DNA from: an uncultured delta proteobacterium
GTDB lineage: Bacteria; Desulfobacterota; WTBG01; CAIYCZ01; CAIRTM01
NCBI GenBank assembly: GCA_963804955.1
Contig: CAWDSQ010000005.1
Span: forward strand, 64,001-128,000
Direction: 5' to 3'
Length of the DNA: 64,000 nt
The first letter of the stretch is position 1. Each line of letters starts with the position of its first letter. Below the pieces are notes generated by a model. That model searched no databases. It saw only the letters and a list, made by a program, of their open reading frames with translations, and was not told the DNA's origin. Shown here piece after piece: positions 31,286 through 41,572 of this stretch. Both the position numbers and the translations under genes were made by a program.

Positions 31286-33745
31286 ATGAAACGCCTTGCT
31301 GACATAATTATCGAAAAACGGGTGCTGTTTCTGGTGCTGCTCGCCGCTGCTGACCCTGTTCTTTCTCTATCAGATCAAAACGGGCCTCACGGTGAAGACG
31401 TCCTTTGATGATCTGCTGCCGACCAACCATCCCTATACCAAGCTGTATAATGAAATCCGCAACCGGTTCGGCGGCGCCAACAAAGTCGTCATCATGATCC
31501 AGGTGCGCGACAGGGAAGACGGCGGGCAGTATAGCGATATTTTCAATTACGAAACCCTGAAAAAAATACAGGACATTACCGAATACGCCAACAAAATGAA
31601 GGCCGTCGATCCTTTCAAGGTGCTTTCTCTGGCAGGCCATAATGTCAAGGATATTAAAATGACGGCCTGGGGCATGCAGCTCTCCACGGTCATGTATCCC
31701 GATATCCCGGAAACACCGGAGCAGATCGCCCAGCTCAGGCGCACCGTGTACGGCAGCCCCATGTGCTATCCCGGCCTGGTCTCTCTTGACAGTAAAAAGA
31801 CCATCGTGACGGTGGATTTTTTCGATGAACAGATTGACTATGATGTGTGCTTCAAAGAGCTGAAGGCGATCAGGGAGAAGTACGAGGACAACAACCACAT
31901 CATCGCCATCTCGGGCGAGCCCATGCACCTGGGGTATATCAACTCCTATATCGGTGATATCGTGAAGGTGCTGGCCTACACGGTCATCGCCATGATGCTG
32001 CTGTTCCTGCTGTATTTCCGGTCAAAGCGGGGCATGCTGGTGCCCATTATCGCCGCGGCTGTCAGCGCCGTGTGGGGCCTGGGGATATTAAGCCTTGAAA
32101 AATTCAACCTCGATCCCCTTGCCATGGTGCTGCCGTTTTTGATTTCGGCCATGGCAGCCTCCCATTCCGCGCAGGTCATCAAGCGGTTCATGGAAGATGC
32201 CGGGGAGCTGCAGGATTCAAAAAAGGCGGCAAAAAGCGTCATCCGGCAACTGTTCATGCCGGCCCTGTCCTCGATCATCACCGATGCCGGCGGCATCATC
32301 GTTATCGCCCTTGTCCCGATCCCCATACTGAATAAAATATGCATCGCCTGCGGCTACTGGGCTTTTGTCACCGTTGTCATCGACATGATACTGGTGCCGA
32401 TACTGCTGTCCTATATGCCGGTGCGGGCCTTGCAGCTCAAGCAGGGTCTGCTTGACCGGGCCCTGCTACGGCTCGGGCAGGTGGATGGCCGGCTGGGGCA
32501 AATGGCCCATACTTGCCGTGTCCGCCTTTCTGCTCGTGTGGGGCGCCATGGTGTCAAGCAAGCTTACCATCGGCAACAATGTGCCGGGATCTGAGATATT
32601 CTGGCCCTGGCATCGCTACAATGTCGACTCCTTTCGCATCACCTTTGCCATGCCCCTTCTGAACCCGCTGTACATTATCGTCGAGAGCGACCGGCAGCAG
32701 GGCATCGCCAATCCCACGGTGCTGCGCGATGTCACCGCGTTTATCCGCCATATGTCCATGACGCCCGATATGCGCGTCATGTTCACGCTGTCCATTCTCG
32801 GGCAGATACCCGGCCGCAACCAGAACGTCAACGACAATGACCCGAACTGGCGCTTCACCCCCAGCGAAGACAATCAGCTGATGCTTCTGTACCGGACGGT
32901 TATAGATCAGGGCGGCCCGGGCGCCTGGGACATGTATATCGACAATGAGGACATGGTTGCCAATATCATGATATTCTGCCGCGATAAAACCGAGGAGACG
33001 ATCAGCACGGTCATGGGCAGGGTAAAGGAGTTTCATCAGGAATGAATCCGTCTTCGGGTTCAGGGCCGAGGATGTGAAGCGCGAGGGCTTTGACAAGTTC
33101 GTGTACTGGATCGACAGCCTGGTCAGAAAGCCCGAGCCGCCCCTGCCTGACAAGCCGCCGCTGCCCGATACGCCGGTTGTTCATTACCGCCTGGCAGGCG
33201 GCGCCGTGGGCGTGCAGGCAGCCATCAACGAGTGCCTGTACATGTATCAGTTCTGGACATTCGCCCTTGCCGTGCTCATTGTCATAGTCTGCGTCTGGGT
33301 ATCATTTAAATCTTTTATCGCGGCTGTGCTTATCACCATACCGCTGCTTATTTCAAATTACCTTGCCCTGTCATTCATGGTGCTCATGAATCCGCCGCTG
33401 CCGCTGACGACCGCCACGCTGCCGGTTTCATCAATCGGCATCGGCCTCGGGGTTGACTACGGCATTTACCTGGTGAGCAGGATCAGGGAAGAATACGGGA
33501 TCTCGGGCAGGCTCGATGAAGCGATCTGCACTGCTCTGGGCACGACCGGCAAGGCGATTGTTTTTATCGCCACCACGCTGACCGTGGGCATCATTTTCTG
33601 GGTCATGTCAAAGATGATGTTTCAGGCCCTCATGGGCATGCTGCTGGCAATCATTCTGATATTCAACATGCTGGGCGCGCTGTTTATCGTGCCGAGCCTG
33701 CTGCTGGTGTTTAAGCCGAAGTTTATAACCCGGGCTGCTAAATAG
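31286..33745 (+). CDS. MMPL/RND-family inner-membrane transporter, frameshifts near 31350, 32470 and 33035
   Basis: LLPTNHPY..FGGAN, SIITDAGG, IGIGLGVDYGIY, TTGKAIVF, two membrane repeats. Confidence 0.85.
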
Positions 33746-33769
33746 AGCCTTGAACGAAAGATCTTTTTT

Positions 33770-33826
33770 GTAGTTGGGTTAAGCCCGGAAGAAATCATTG
33801 TGTTTCGTTCCTGCAACCCAACCTGC
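33770..33826. repeat. Degenerate GTAG-type REP inverted pair
   Basis: GTAGTTGGGTT ... AACCCAACCTGC. Confidence 0.55.
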
Positions 33827-33899
33827 GCAGAAACAAAGGCTTACGGAAGAAGTACGAGGATAAGGACGAACCCAACAAAATTAAAAGGGAGAGACACGC

Positions 33900-34446
33900 A
33901 TGGGCCGTACAACTGTTTCCGCCATGGAAAAAGCCTATGACAAACAACTGGAAGAGGATTACGTAAACAGGGCCAAGGGCCGCGTAACCCGGCTGACAAA
34001 CGATGCACTGAAGGAGAAAATCAGGACATTTTTAAAAAATCACAGGATCTGCACGCTGGCGACCTGTTCGCAGGGCATACCCCGCTCAACGCCGGTGCGC
34101 TACCGGAGCAAGGATTTCACCATCTATGTATTTACGGAAGGGGGCGGGAAGGTGCAAAACATTCTGGACAACCCGAATGTTTCGGTGAGCCTCTATGGAA
34201 ACTATTCCGGCTTTCAGTCGGTTGCCGGGCCTGCAGCTGTGGGGAAAAGCGGAAATCATCAGGCCCGATGATAAAAAACGATACGAGGAGGCAAAAAAAA
34301 TTATCAGGATGGAAGAGCGGGCGGACTTGAAAAAAATTGATCTCCAGGGCATGAAGCCCATGGATGTTATTAAGATCAAGGTGAAAAGGGCGCGCTACCT
34401 GAACTTTCCCGAAGGAATACTGAATCAGGCGGTAACCATAAAATAA
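33900..34446 (+). CDS. Pyridoxamine 5'-phosphate oxidase-like split-barrel protein, frameshift near 34225
   Basis: CTLATCSQGIPRSTPV, GGKVQNILDNPNVS, then GLQLWGKAEI. Confidence 0.8.
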
Positions 34447-34448
34447 TT

Positions 34449-34492
34449 GCAGGGGCTCAAAATTGCAGGGGCTCAAAATTTTGAGCCCCTAC
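34449..34492. repeat. REP palindrome with a 16-bp partial duplication
   Basis: GCAGGGGCTCAAAATT twice, the second completing GCAGGGGCTCAAAATTTTGAGCCCCTAC. Confidence 0.7.
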
Positions 34493-34528
34493 GGTAACGA
34501 TTTATAAACAAGCAAACAGGAGTCAGAC

Positions 34529-35210
34529 ATGGCAGAAGAAAAATTAGTAGTTGTTGCAGGCGCTACGGGCAGGGCAGGCAGGCTGGTGGTGCAGGAGCTT
34601 TTAAAGCGGGGCTACAAGGTCAGGGCGCTTATGGTGCCGCCGTTTGACTCGCCGGCAACCTCGCGGCCTCACGGGCGTTGAGTTTGCCGAGGGCGATCTC
34701 ACCTCTGTGCAGGTTCTTGAGAAGGCCATGGAAGGCGCTCAGTACGTGATCAGCGCCATCGGCTCGAAAAAGCCCTTCAGCGGGTCGGAAAACGACAAGA
34801 TCGACAATATGGGCAATCAGAACCTGGCACGGGCCGCCAAGGCAAAGGGCCTGAAGCAGATCGTGGTCATTTCATCCGTCGGCGCGGGCAACAGCCGCGA
34901 TGCCGTATCGTGCATGTACAGATGGCCCATGATGTCCGTGCTGAAGGCCAAGGGAAAGAGCGAAGCTTTCATTCAGTCCTGCGGCATTGATTACACGATC
35001 ATCCGGCCGGGCGGGTACACGGAAGATGATATTCCCGATGAAATAGCCTTCGGCGAGGGCGGCAAAATCACGGGCCGCGTGAAGCGAGCGCAGATAGCCC
35101 GCGTATGCGTAGATGCTCTTGAGAACCCGGCCATGAAGAACCGCACCTTCGAGGTCGTTGCCCGCGCAATGGTCAAAGAGGGCAGGGAGCAGTTTGTTAT
35201 AAAATTATAA
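34529..35210 (+). CDS. Atypical SDR / NAD(P)H-binding protein (NAD_binding_10; BLVRB/ChuY/BciA/Tic62-related), frameshift near 34655
   Basis: VVVAGATGRAG read upstream of ORF 34644; GDLT, VISAIG, ISSVGAG, K..SE, YTIIRPGG. Confidence 0.85.
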
Positions 35211-35221
35211 TGGATCAAAAG

Positions 35222-35252
35222 GTAGGGGCTCAAAATTTCGCCAGCCCCTGAC
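35222..35252. repeat. Second copy of the GTAGGGGCTC REP
   Basis: GTAGGGGCTCAAAATTTCGCCAGCCCCTGAC. Confidence 0.6.
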
Positions 35253-35318
35253 GGGTAAACATCTGAAAAACAAATACGGCGGACGACAGCCCATTTTCCT
35301 ACATAGAAGGAGAATGCA

Positions 35319-36042
35319 ATGGCAGAAGAATACGGGTTCCCCCCCTATGGTGAAGAAATGCTCAAAGTGCTTGAAAAGTTCGGCGGCACGAAAATGGAGA
35401 CCTATAAGGGCAAGGACATTCGGCCCCTGTGGGACCTTAAAGGGCGGGCCGATTCTGTGGAGCTACAAGTATCTCTACTCGGCACCGAAGCTTGAGAAAA
35501 TCGCCATCACGGTGCAGTCGTTCAAGGACAAGCTCATGTGCTACACCACCATCATCTGGCCCGATGACCGGCATGCCCTGCCGGTATTCTCCGCATTCTG
35601 GGCGGAAAGCGAGAAGGGCAGCTACTTCATTCTTGATTTCTACCCCACGGCCGACACTATCTGCGATATTCCGTATATGGAGAAGTATCTTGATCCTCTG
35701 GAAGATCTATGGCTGGAGGGCAAAAAGCATTATCCCGATGTTTCCACCCGTGACCCCAACTGGTTTCGGGTCATGATATCGCCCTATTATATCAATGCCG
35801 ACTTTCACCCCAGCAACAAGCAGCATCAGGACCGCCTGCTGAAGCTGGTGCTTGACTATCTCAACGTGTACCACAGCCTGTGGGAGAAGGATGAGCCGCG
35901 TGACCCGGCCTATATGCAGTACCTGATCAAGCGGCGGGAGGCCATGCGGTGGAACATGAAAGAGAAAGACCCCGGCGGCATTATGATGGAGCATGCCGTG
36001 GGCCATGAGCTTGCAGATCTCGGGCTCGAGGCGCTGTTTTAA
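35319..36042 (+). CDS. Ferredoxin-dependent bilin reductase / red chlorophyll catabolite reductase-like protein, frameshift near 35440
   Basis: True N-terminus MAEEYGFPPYGEEML; P....LPVF, ILDFYP, Y..KY, R..ISP, DYL..Y, EKDPG..M...VG.E......LF matches the FDBR family layout. Confidence 0.75.
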
Positions 36043-36222
36043 TGATAGTCGAGATGTTGAAATTTTTACTAACAACACGGCCCCCCCAACCCCCCCTTGC
36101 CTTTAAGGTTCCCTCCTTTGCAAGGCGGGGTTGGGGTGGCCTGTTGTGCGACCAAGCTATGTTGAGAGATATATTCTCGACTTTTTTCGAGCACGTGTTT
36201 AACAGCTATGGGAGCAGCATAC

Positions 36223-36992
36223 ATGAAGCATACTATCGCGGCACTGGCTGCCGCAGCAGTAGTGATGACAGGGGCAGGCATGGCGTGGGCGTCAGACCGC
36301 CGACTGGAAAGACGGCGGCCCCGCCTATATTTATGTGAATCCCGTCAAGAAATCTCCTTTTCATATGCCTTATGACGAAACTCTCAAGTGCACTCGATTG
36401 TCATAAATGGAACGGTGCTGACGCCTATACGGCCGCGACCATGACGCTCACGAAAAGCGCGAAGGGCCGGCTGTCGCAGCAGGAAATAAAGAAGGCGATT
36501 CTTGAGACCTTGAAGGGCACGGGGGATTACCGGGAAATGTATGTTATGGCAACGTCTTTTAAAGATGAACCCCTGGCAAGTTGCCTTGAGTTTATCCTTG
36601 ACCCCGAAACGCTTACTCTTGTCGCCTCGTCGGAAAAGCAGACCGAAAAGCTGTTCCATATTGCGGCAAACGGCAGGGCATCGCTGGTGTATGTGAAGCA
36701 CCGCGATGACATGAAATATTTTATGGATCCTATCGGCGTGCAGATTACGGGCAAGGCCGTGCAGCTCAAGTATGGCGATCCGGGCTTTGATCAGGCGGCC
36801 GAGCTCTGCCTGCAGACGGCGATGAACCACATGCCCGATGAGATGAAGCAGAAAATGCCCCGCGAGGTAATGCTTGCGAGTATTCAGAAAAACCAGCTCA
36901 TAACGAAAGTGGTCCCCGAGCGCATCGTCATCACCAGCGGCGATTTTATAAAGCAGGGCCTGCACAGAAAACAGATCTGGGTGGCGAAGTAA
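36223..36992 (+). CDS. Exported split-barrel (PNPOx-like) protein with probable N-terminal CxxCH, two frameshifts (~36297, ~36392)
   Basis: Signal peptide MKHTIAALAAAAVVMTGAGMAWA; YVMATSFKDEP, EKLFHIAANGRASL, GVQITGKA. Confidence 0.7.
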
Positions 36993-37088
36993 CAGCGGGC
37001 CGGCGACATGGTTTGAAACATGAGAGCCGCGCTGCAGCGGGCCGTCTGCGCGCAGGGGTGTCGGCGATGTAAATCCGGGAGGTACTTC

Positions 37089-38326
37089 ATGGCAGCCCCG
37101 AAGCCTTTTGTGTATTACGCAGCGCACATGGCCGCTGTTGTCCTCATGCTTGCCGGGAGCTGTGCCGTCCTGTCTGCACCCGGCCGAGCAATGGCGCAGG
37201 AATATCCGGTCTCAGTGGTGGAGCCGGGAAAGACCCCGGGCTTTCAACCGCCCGTGCTGTATCTTAACCGCTGCATTGCCAGCCGCCGCCTGCTGCCGAA
37301 GCTTCGCCATAACAGAACCCTGCACGAGCCGTTTCTGATCAACACGGACCCTGACCTCGGCGAGGTCGATGCGCCCATTGATCACCGCTTCATGGTCAAG
37401 ATGATTTTCAGGGAGGTCAAGGCATTCAACCAGTATGCCGACCCCTACGATGACCCTGAGCGGCCGTCACCCGGGTATGCCTGGCAGCTCAAGATATTCC
37501 ATCCCGGTTCAAGCCCCGGCACGCTTCCGGCCGAAGGGGCGCCGTATCCTGTTATCGTTTTCTGCATCGGCGCAAGCGGCTCCATCCCCAGCCTGTATGA
37601 TGCCATGGACTGGCTGGGGAACTACTATGCCCGGCGCGGCTACATTGTCGCCATCCCGGTTTTTATCGGCAATGATGAAGGCCTGACCGGAACGCCGTTT
37701 TACGAAATCACTCCTGACATTTTTTCACTGCAGGTAAGCCAGGCTATCGACTATATTCGCGCTTCATTCGGTGGACAGGCGTGTCGATACCGGGCAGGTG
37801 ACGCTCATCGGCCATTCCTTTGGCGGGTATGTGGCCCAGAAGACGGCGGTGCAGGACCACCGCATTGCACGGCTGTGCCTCTTGTCGGCGGTTTTCGGCT
37901 ACTCAGCAGTACTGGCCCGGCTTTCTCATTGATACCGTAGACACCTATGATCTGCTCAATGGGTTTCCAAAAAAGCGCGGGATGGCCCTTCATGTCCAGC
38001 GATTTACCAAGCCTCCGTATGATTTGCCCTGCCCCGACTTTGATCCAGAGTGCGACTGGATTCCGCCGGTGGATGGATTTATTACGCAAGTAGATTTGTC
38101 TGCTGATCCATGGGAGCCGCATCTGTGCAATGGCGGTAACTGCGGTGTGCGTGACGGGACTTTGTATAACTACGCCCTGTATGAAGGGCTGAAGCAGGAT
38201 GGTGTGAAAAACAATAGTATGCTTGACCATTCAGGCCTTGTCACGGCCGGTGCGGAAAATGATGCCGGCAGGCAGTTAATCCTGCAGTATCTTGATGAAT
38301 TTTTTACCCAGTTCCCCGTTGATTGA
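37089..38326 (+). CDS. Exported alpha/beta-hydrolase (chlorophyllase/PAF-acetylhydrolase-like), frameshifts near 37775 and 37900
   Basis: Signal peptide ending AMA; PYPVIVF, YARRGYIVAIP; VDTGQVTLIGHSFGG in an intermediate frame (GHSFGG 37810-37827); C-terminal DH. Confidence 0.7.
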
Positions 38327-38552
38327 GGCCTTGTCTTTCCCCTTGCGAATAGTTTTGCAGCTGTATTCCCGGGGAGACCACAGGGGCTCTTTCCCCCGTA
38401 AGCAACTCCAATAAAATTCAGCTACAGCACAGAACATCCGGCTCTGCCAGGGTTTAGACAGATACCGGTCATGCAGGGAATCTCTGTAAAAGCCGCCGCA
38501 CTCTTGCCTGATGATATCTCAAGAAACAGCTGAAAATTTTAAAAAGCGGGGC

Positions 38553-38605
38553 TTGACAAAGCATATATAAAAGTATACATGTGTATAGTAAATGTACATA
38601 TACTA
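38553..38605 (+). promoter_or_regulatory. Promoter/operator of the MarR operon
   Basis: TTGACA at 38553; palindromes TATACA-TG-TGTATA and TAGTAAATGTACATATACTA (38586-38605, one mismatched pair). Confidence 0.6.
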
Positions 38606-38624
38606 AATTGAGGGGCAGGCGGCT

Positions 38625-39104
38625 ATGCAGGCAAAAAAGAAAAAAACAGACACTGATAAGCTCACCAAAGAGTTGTTTATCAATTTCCAGAAGCTGTTTC
38701 GCTGCATGGATTTCGGCCGTGGGATGCGGAGACCTGTGCCCGTGCTGACCGTTCGGCAGATGCAGGTGCTTTCTTTTTTTAATGAAAGCGATGTTGTGCA
38801 CATATCCGAGGTGAGCCGCAAGCTCAACATGTCGATCCAGAGCGTCAATAATCTGGTGAAGCGAATGGAGGTGCTGGGCTATGTGGAGCGCACGCAGAAC
38901 GAACAGGACAAGCGGCTTTCCGACATCCGGTTTACGCAAAAGGGCCGTGCCGGGTTTGAGATGTTCCGCGCTGCACAGCTCGGCTTCCTGAACCTGCTGC
39001 TGGAGAAGCTTAATGCGGCTGAGCGCCTGCAGGTGCTGCAGGCGGTTGAATCCGCTGCAGAGCTTTTTCAGAAGGCCGTCATAAAGGCAGCAGAGAAGGA
39101 ATAG
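38625..39104 (+). CDS. MarR-family transcriptional regulator
   Basis: LTVRQMQVL, ISEVSRKLNMS..SV..LVKRME..GYVER, DKR....FTQKG. Confidence 0.9.
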   Translation: MQAKKKKTDTDKLTKELFINFQKLFRCMDFGRGMRRPVPVLTVRQMQVLSFFNESDVVHISEVSRKLNMSIQSVNNLVKRMEVLGYVERTQNEQDKRLSDIRFTQKGRAGFEMFRAAQLGFLNLLLEKLNAAERLQVLQAVESAAELFQKAVIKAAEKE

Positions 39105-39189
39105 AGCGCCGGTCGTGCAGTGATTGCCGGGGCTCGGCCCTACTGGTCGGCTCAGGACTACACCGTTAACCTCTATGGGGAGACAGAAC

Positions 39190-39969
39190 ATGAAAACCAT
39201 GCAGGGCCTTGATTTCTGGACAAAAGCGGCTGTCTGGCTCGAGCTGATGATCCCGGGGTATTTTTTCGGAAAAACCTTCGGCACCTCGGATGCCAAGTAC
39301 CGCGCCCTCGATCAGTTCATGTACCCCGAAGCGTTTATCAAACTGACCGGCATTTTCCGGGACATGCTGCCGCATGATTTTTATTACACGAGCAGATTTC
39401 TGGGCGTTTCTTCAGGCGCCATGATCGGCATTATGTGGGCCCTGCTGCTTGGCGTTTTCTATAAATGGGTCATGAAGGACTGGTCCTATGCCAAGGCAGC
39501 CCGCATCGGCTCTATGGCTTTCATTCTGATTGCCCTGCTGACCGGGTTCATGGCGGATTTTTTTAATGAGAATATCGGCATGTCACTGCGCATGCAGCAG
39601 AAACCGCCGGACGAGATGATCGGCCGCTGCCTGGTTGAGGACTACGGCGGATTTGAAAAAGGCACGAGAATCACCGAGGAGAACGCCCCGATGCTTGCCG
39701 CTTACGGCACGGTGAAAACAACCAACCCGTCAGGGGCCAAGGGCTGGTGGTACGGCTCGATCGCCTTCATGTACACCTGGTTCATTCTTTATTTTCTCTG
39801 CGCCTGGAAGCTCTATGTGCGCAACAAGGTGCCGAAAAAATACTGGTTCAAGCTGCAGATGGTCAACTTCACCTTTCTGCTCATCTATCTGCGCATGGGG
39901 TTCGGCATTTCAGCCTCGGAGTTCCATTTTATAGTCAGCAGGGCACCATTTCTTTTCGGAGGGCACTGA
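39190..39969 (+). CDS. Hypothetical polytopic membrane protein
   Basis: Four to five hydrophobic segments; stop 1 nt before the next ATG. Confidence 0.7.
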   Translation: MKTMQGLDFWTKAAVWLELMIPGYFFGKTFGTSDAKYRALDQFMYPEAFIKLTGIFRDMLPHDFYYTSRFLGVSSGAMIGIMWALLLGVFYKWVMKDWSYAKAARIGSMAFILIALLTGFMADFFNENIGMSLRMQQKPPDEMIGRCLVEDYGGFEKGTRITEENAPMLAAYGTVKTTNPSGAKGWWYGSIAFMYTWFILYFLCAWKLYVRNKVPKKYWFKLQMVNFTFLLIYLRMGFGISASEFHFIVSRAPFLFGGH

Positions 39970-39970
39970 T

Positions 39971-41572
39971 ATGAAGCTTGCAATGGGCGCTTTTACCTCG
40001 AAAGACGATTTCATGCGCCATGTGCGCAATATGGCGGGCCTTGGCCTGATTTTGTATGTCTGGGGTATCCTGACCGGCTATGTGCCCAACTGGGTCTGCG
40101 TCATGATCGCCATCGGCGGCATGACCCTGCAGTTTTCCGACTTTTACTGGGGCCGGACCAAGGGAGGCGGGTACTTCTGGATTTACCTCGCAGTGCAGGG
40201 TTTCTCGAACTTCATGCCCTTTCAGTTTCCGGTTGATGCCGAGGCATGGAAGGTCATGACCAACGGCATCATCGCCTGGGAGTTCGGGGGCCAGGGCATG
40301 CCCCTGTTCAAGGGCGCCGGGCTTATCATAGCGCTTCCGGTGGTGCTCTATACAACCTATATAGCTATTCGGCTGGTGAAAACGCCGCCCGATCCGACTG
40401 CGCGTGCCCACCGCACGGTCACAAGCAAGAAATGGCGCATTTTTTTCCAGAGCGTGATGTTCGCCTGGTATCTGGTGCTGTTCGCTTCGGGCATGACGGC
40501 CCGGCCTGTTTCAAACCCCGAGCTGTTTTTCTGGTTTCTCGCGATGCTGCTCGGCTCACTGTTTCTGCCCTTTTTCATCGGCCGGTGGTTCTGCGGCTGG
40601 ATGTGCCCTGTCGGGGTGTTTCAGGACAGCATCTGGCGGTATTACAACTTTAAAGGCCTGATTAAAATATCGGAGAAATTTAAATCCCAGATCAACCGGA
40701 TTTATGTTCCGGCGACAATGGTTTTGTTTATCATCGTCATTTACACCTTTGAGCGTGTATTCCAGCTTGCCTCATCAGCTGAAATGATGCGCGACCCGGA
40801 CTGGACAGCGCTGTGGAAGCCCATGGTCTGGACCAAGGTTCTCACCAACGGCATGTTTATCGGCTCCATGCTGTTTGCCTATCGCATCTACTGCCGGTAT
40901 TTCTGCTGGTATATCGGCTACCGCGTGACGCTGGGGCAGCCGTCGCTGTATCGCGTGCCGTTTATGACCGACCGGTGCCGCATGTGCCCCGACTGCGGGC
41001 CGGAGAAGAACTGCGTGATGGGATTCGAGTTTCAGTCCGTGCCGCAGGGCGAGGAGGAGCTCTCCATACGCTCCATCGGCGAGGTTCCGGCCAACTGCAA
41101 TCTCTGCTACGAGTGCCGCGACCTGTGCCCCCATGGCGTTTTCAAGAAAAAGCTGGAGCGCATCAATGTTATCCCCGAGCGCTGCATAGGCTGCAGGCTT
41201 TGCGAGCTTGCCTGCTCGGGCGGGAGGCTCGGGGTGTTTGATCCAACGCGTTCAAATATTCAGATCGAAATGGAAGGAACGCCCGAGCTGCCGGTGCCGA
41301 AGATACTGGGCACCTGCGACGCCTGCAATGGCGACCCCCGGTGCATAAAGGTGTGCCCTGCCCGCGTCATCACCTGGGACAAGGCCGGGGCGCGCAAAGG
41401 TCTTGAGCCCAGGCGGCCGGGCATGGTGCGGCAGCTTTTTACGAAGCTCAACCCTTTCAGTAAAACACCGCCGCCATGCCCAACGCCCTGTGCGGCATAC
41501 CCTGCAGGGTGTGCGACATGTGAGATCAACACGGCCCGCCAGGCCGCTCAGGTGAAAGGAGATGCAGCATGA
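39971..41572 (+). CDS. NapH/MauN-type membrane Fe-S protein fused to an AOR-associated ferredoxin domain
   Basis: Many TM helices; GRWFCGWMCPVG, RIYCRYFC, CRMCPDC..C, CNLCYECRDLCP, CIGCRLCELACS, CDACNGDPRCIKVCP. Confidence 0.8.
   Translation: MKLAMGAFTSKDDFMRHVRNMAGLGLILYVWGILTGYVPNWVCVMIAIGGMTLQFSDFYWGRTKGGGYFWIYLAVQGFSNFMPFQFPVDAEAWKVMTNGIIAWEFGGQGMPLFKGAGLIIALPVVLYTTYIAIRLVKTPPDPTARAHRTVTSKKWRIFFQSVMFAWYLVLFASGMTARPVSNPELFFWFLAMLLGSLFLPFFIGRWFCGWMCPVGVFQDSIWRYYNFKGLIKISEKFKSQINRIYVPATMVLFIIVIYTFERVFQLASSAEMMRDPDWTALWKPMVWTKVLTNGMFIGSMLFAYRIYCRYFCWYIGYRVTLGQPSLYRVPFMTDRCRMCPDCGPEKNCVMGFEFQSVPQGEEELSIRSIGEVPANCNLCYECRDLCPHGVFKKKLERINVIPERCIGCRLCELACSGGRLGVFDPTRSNIQIEMEGTPELPVPKILGTCDACNGDPRCIKVCPARVITWDKAGARKGLEPRRPGMVRQLFTKLNPFSKTPPPCPTPCAAYPAGCATCEINTARQAAQVKGDAA

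Noticed and set aside
29963..36042. Photosynthesis gene cluster (YCF48, bilin reductase, PCP_red, BciB-like)
   Set aside because: No reaction centre, bch/chl core or phycobiliprotein genes; YCF48-like propellers are generic in DUF1302 modules.
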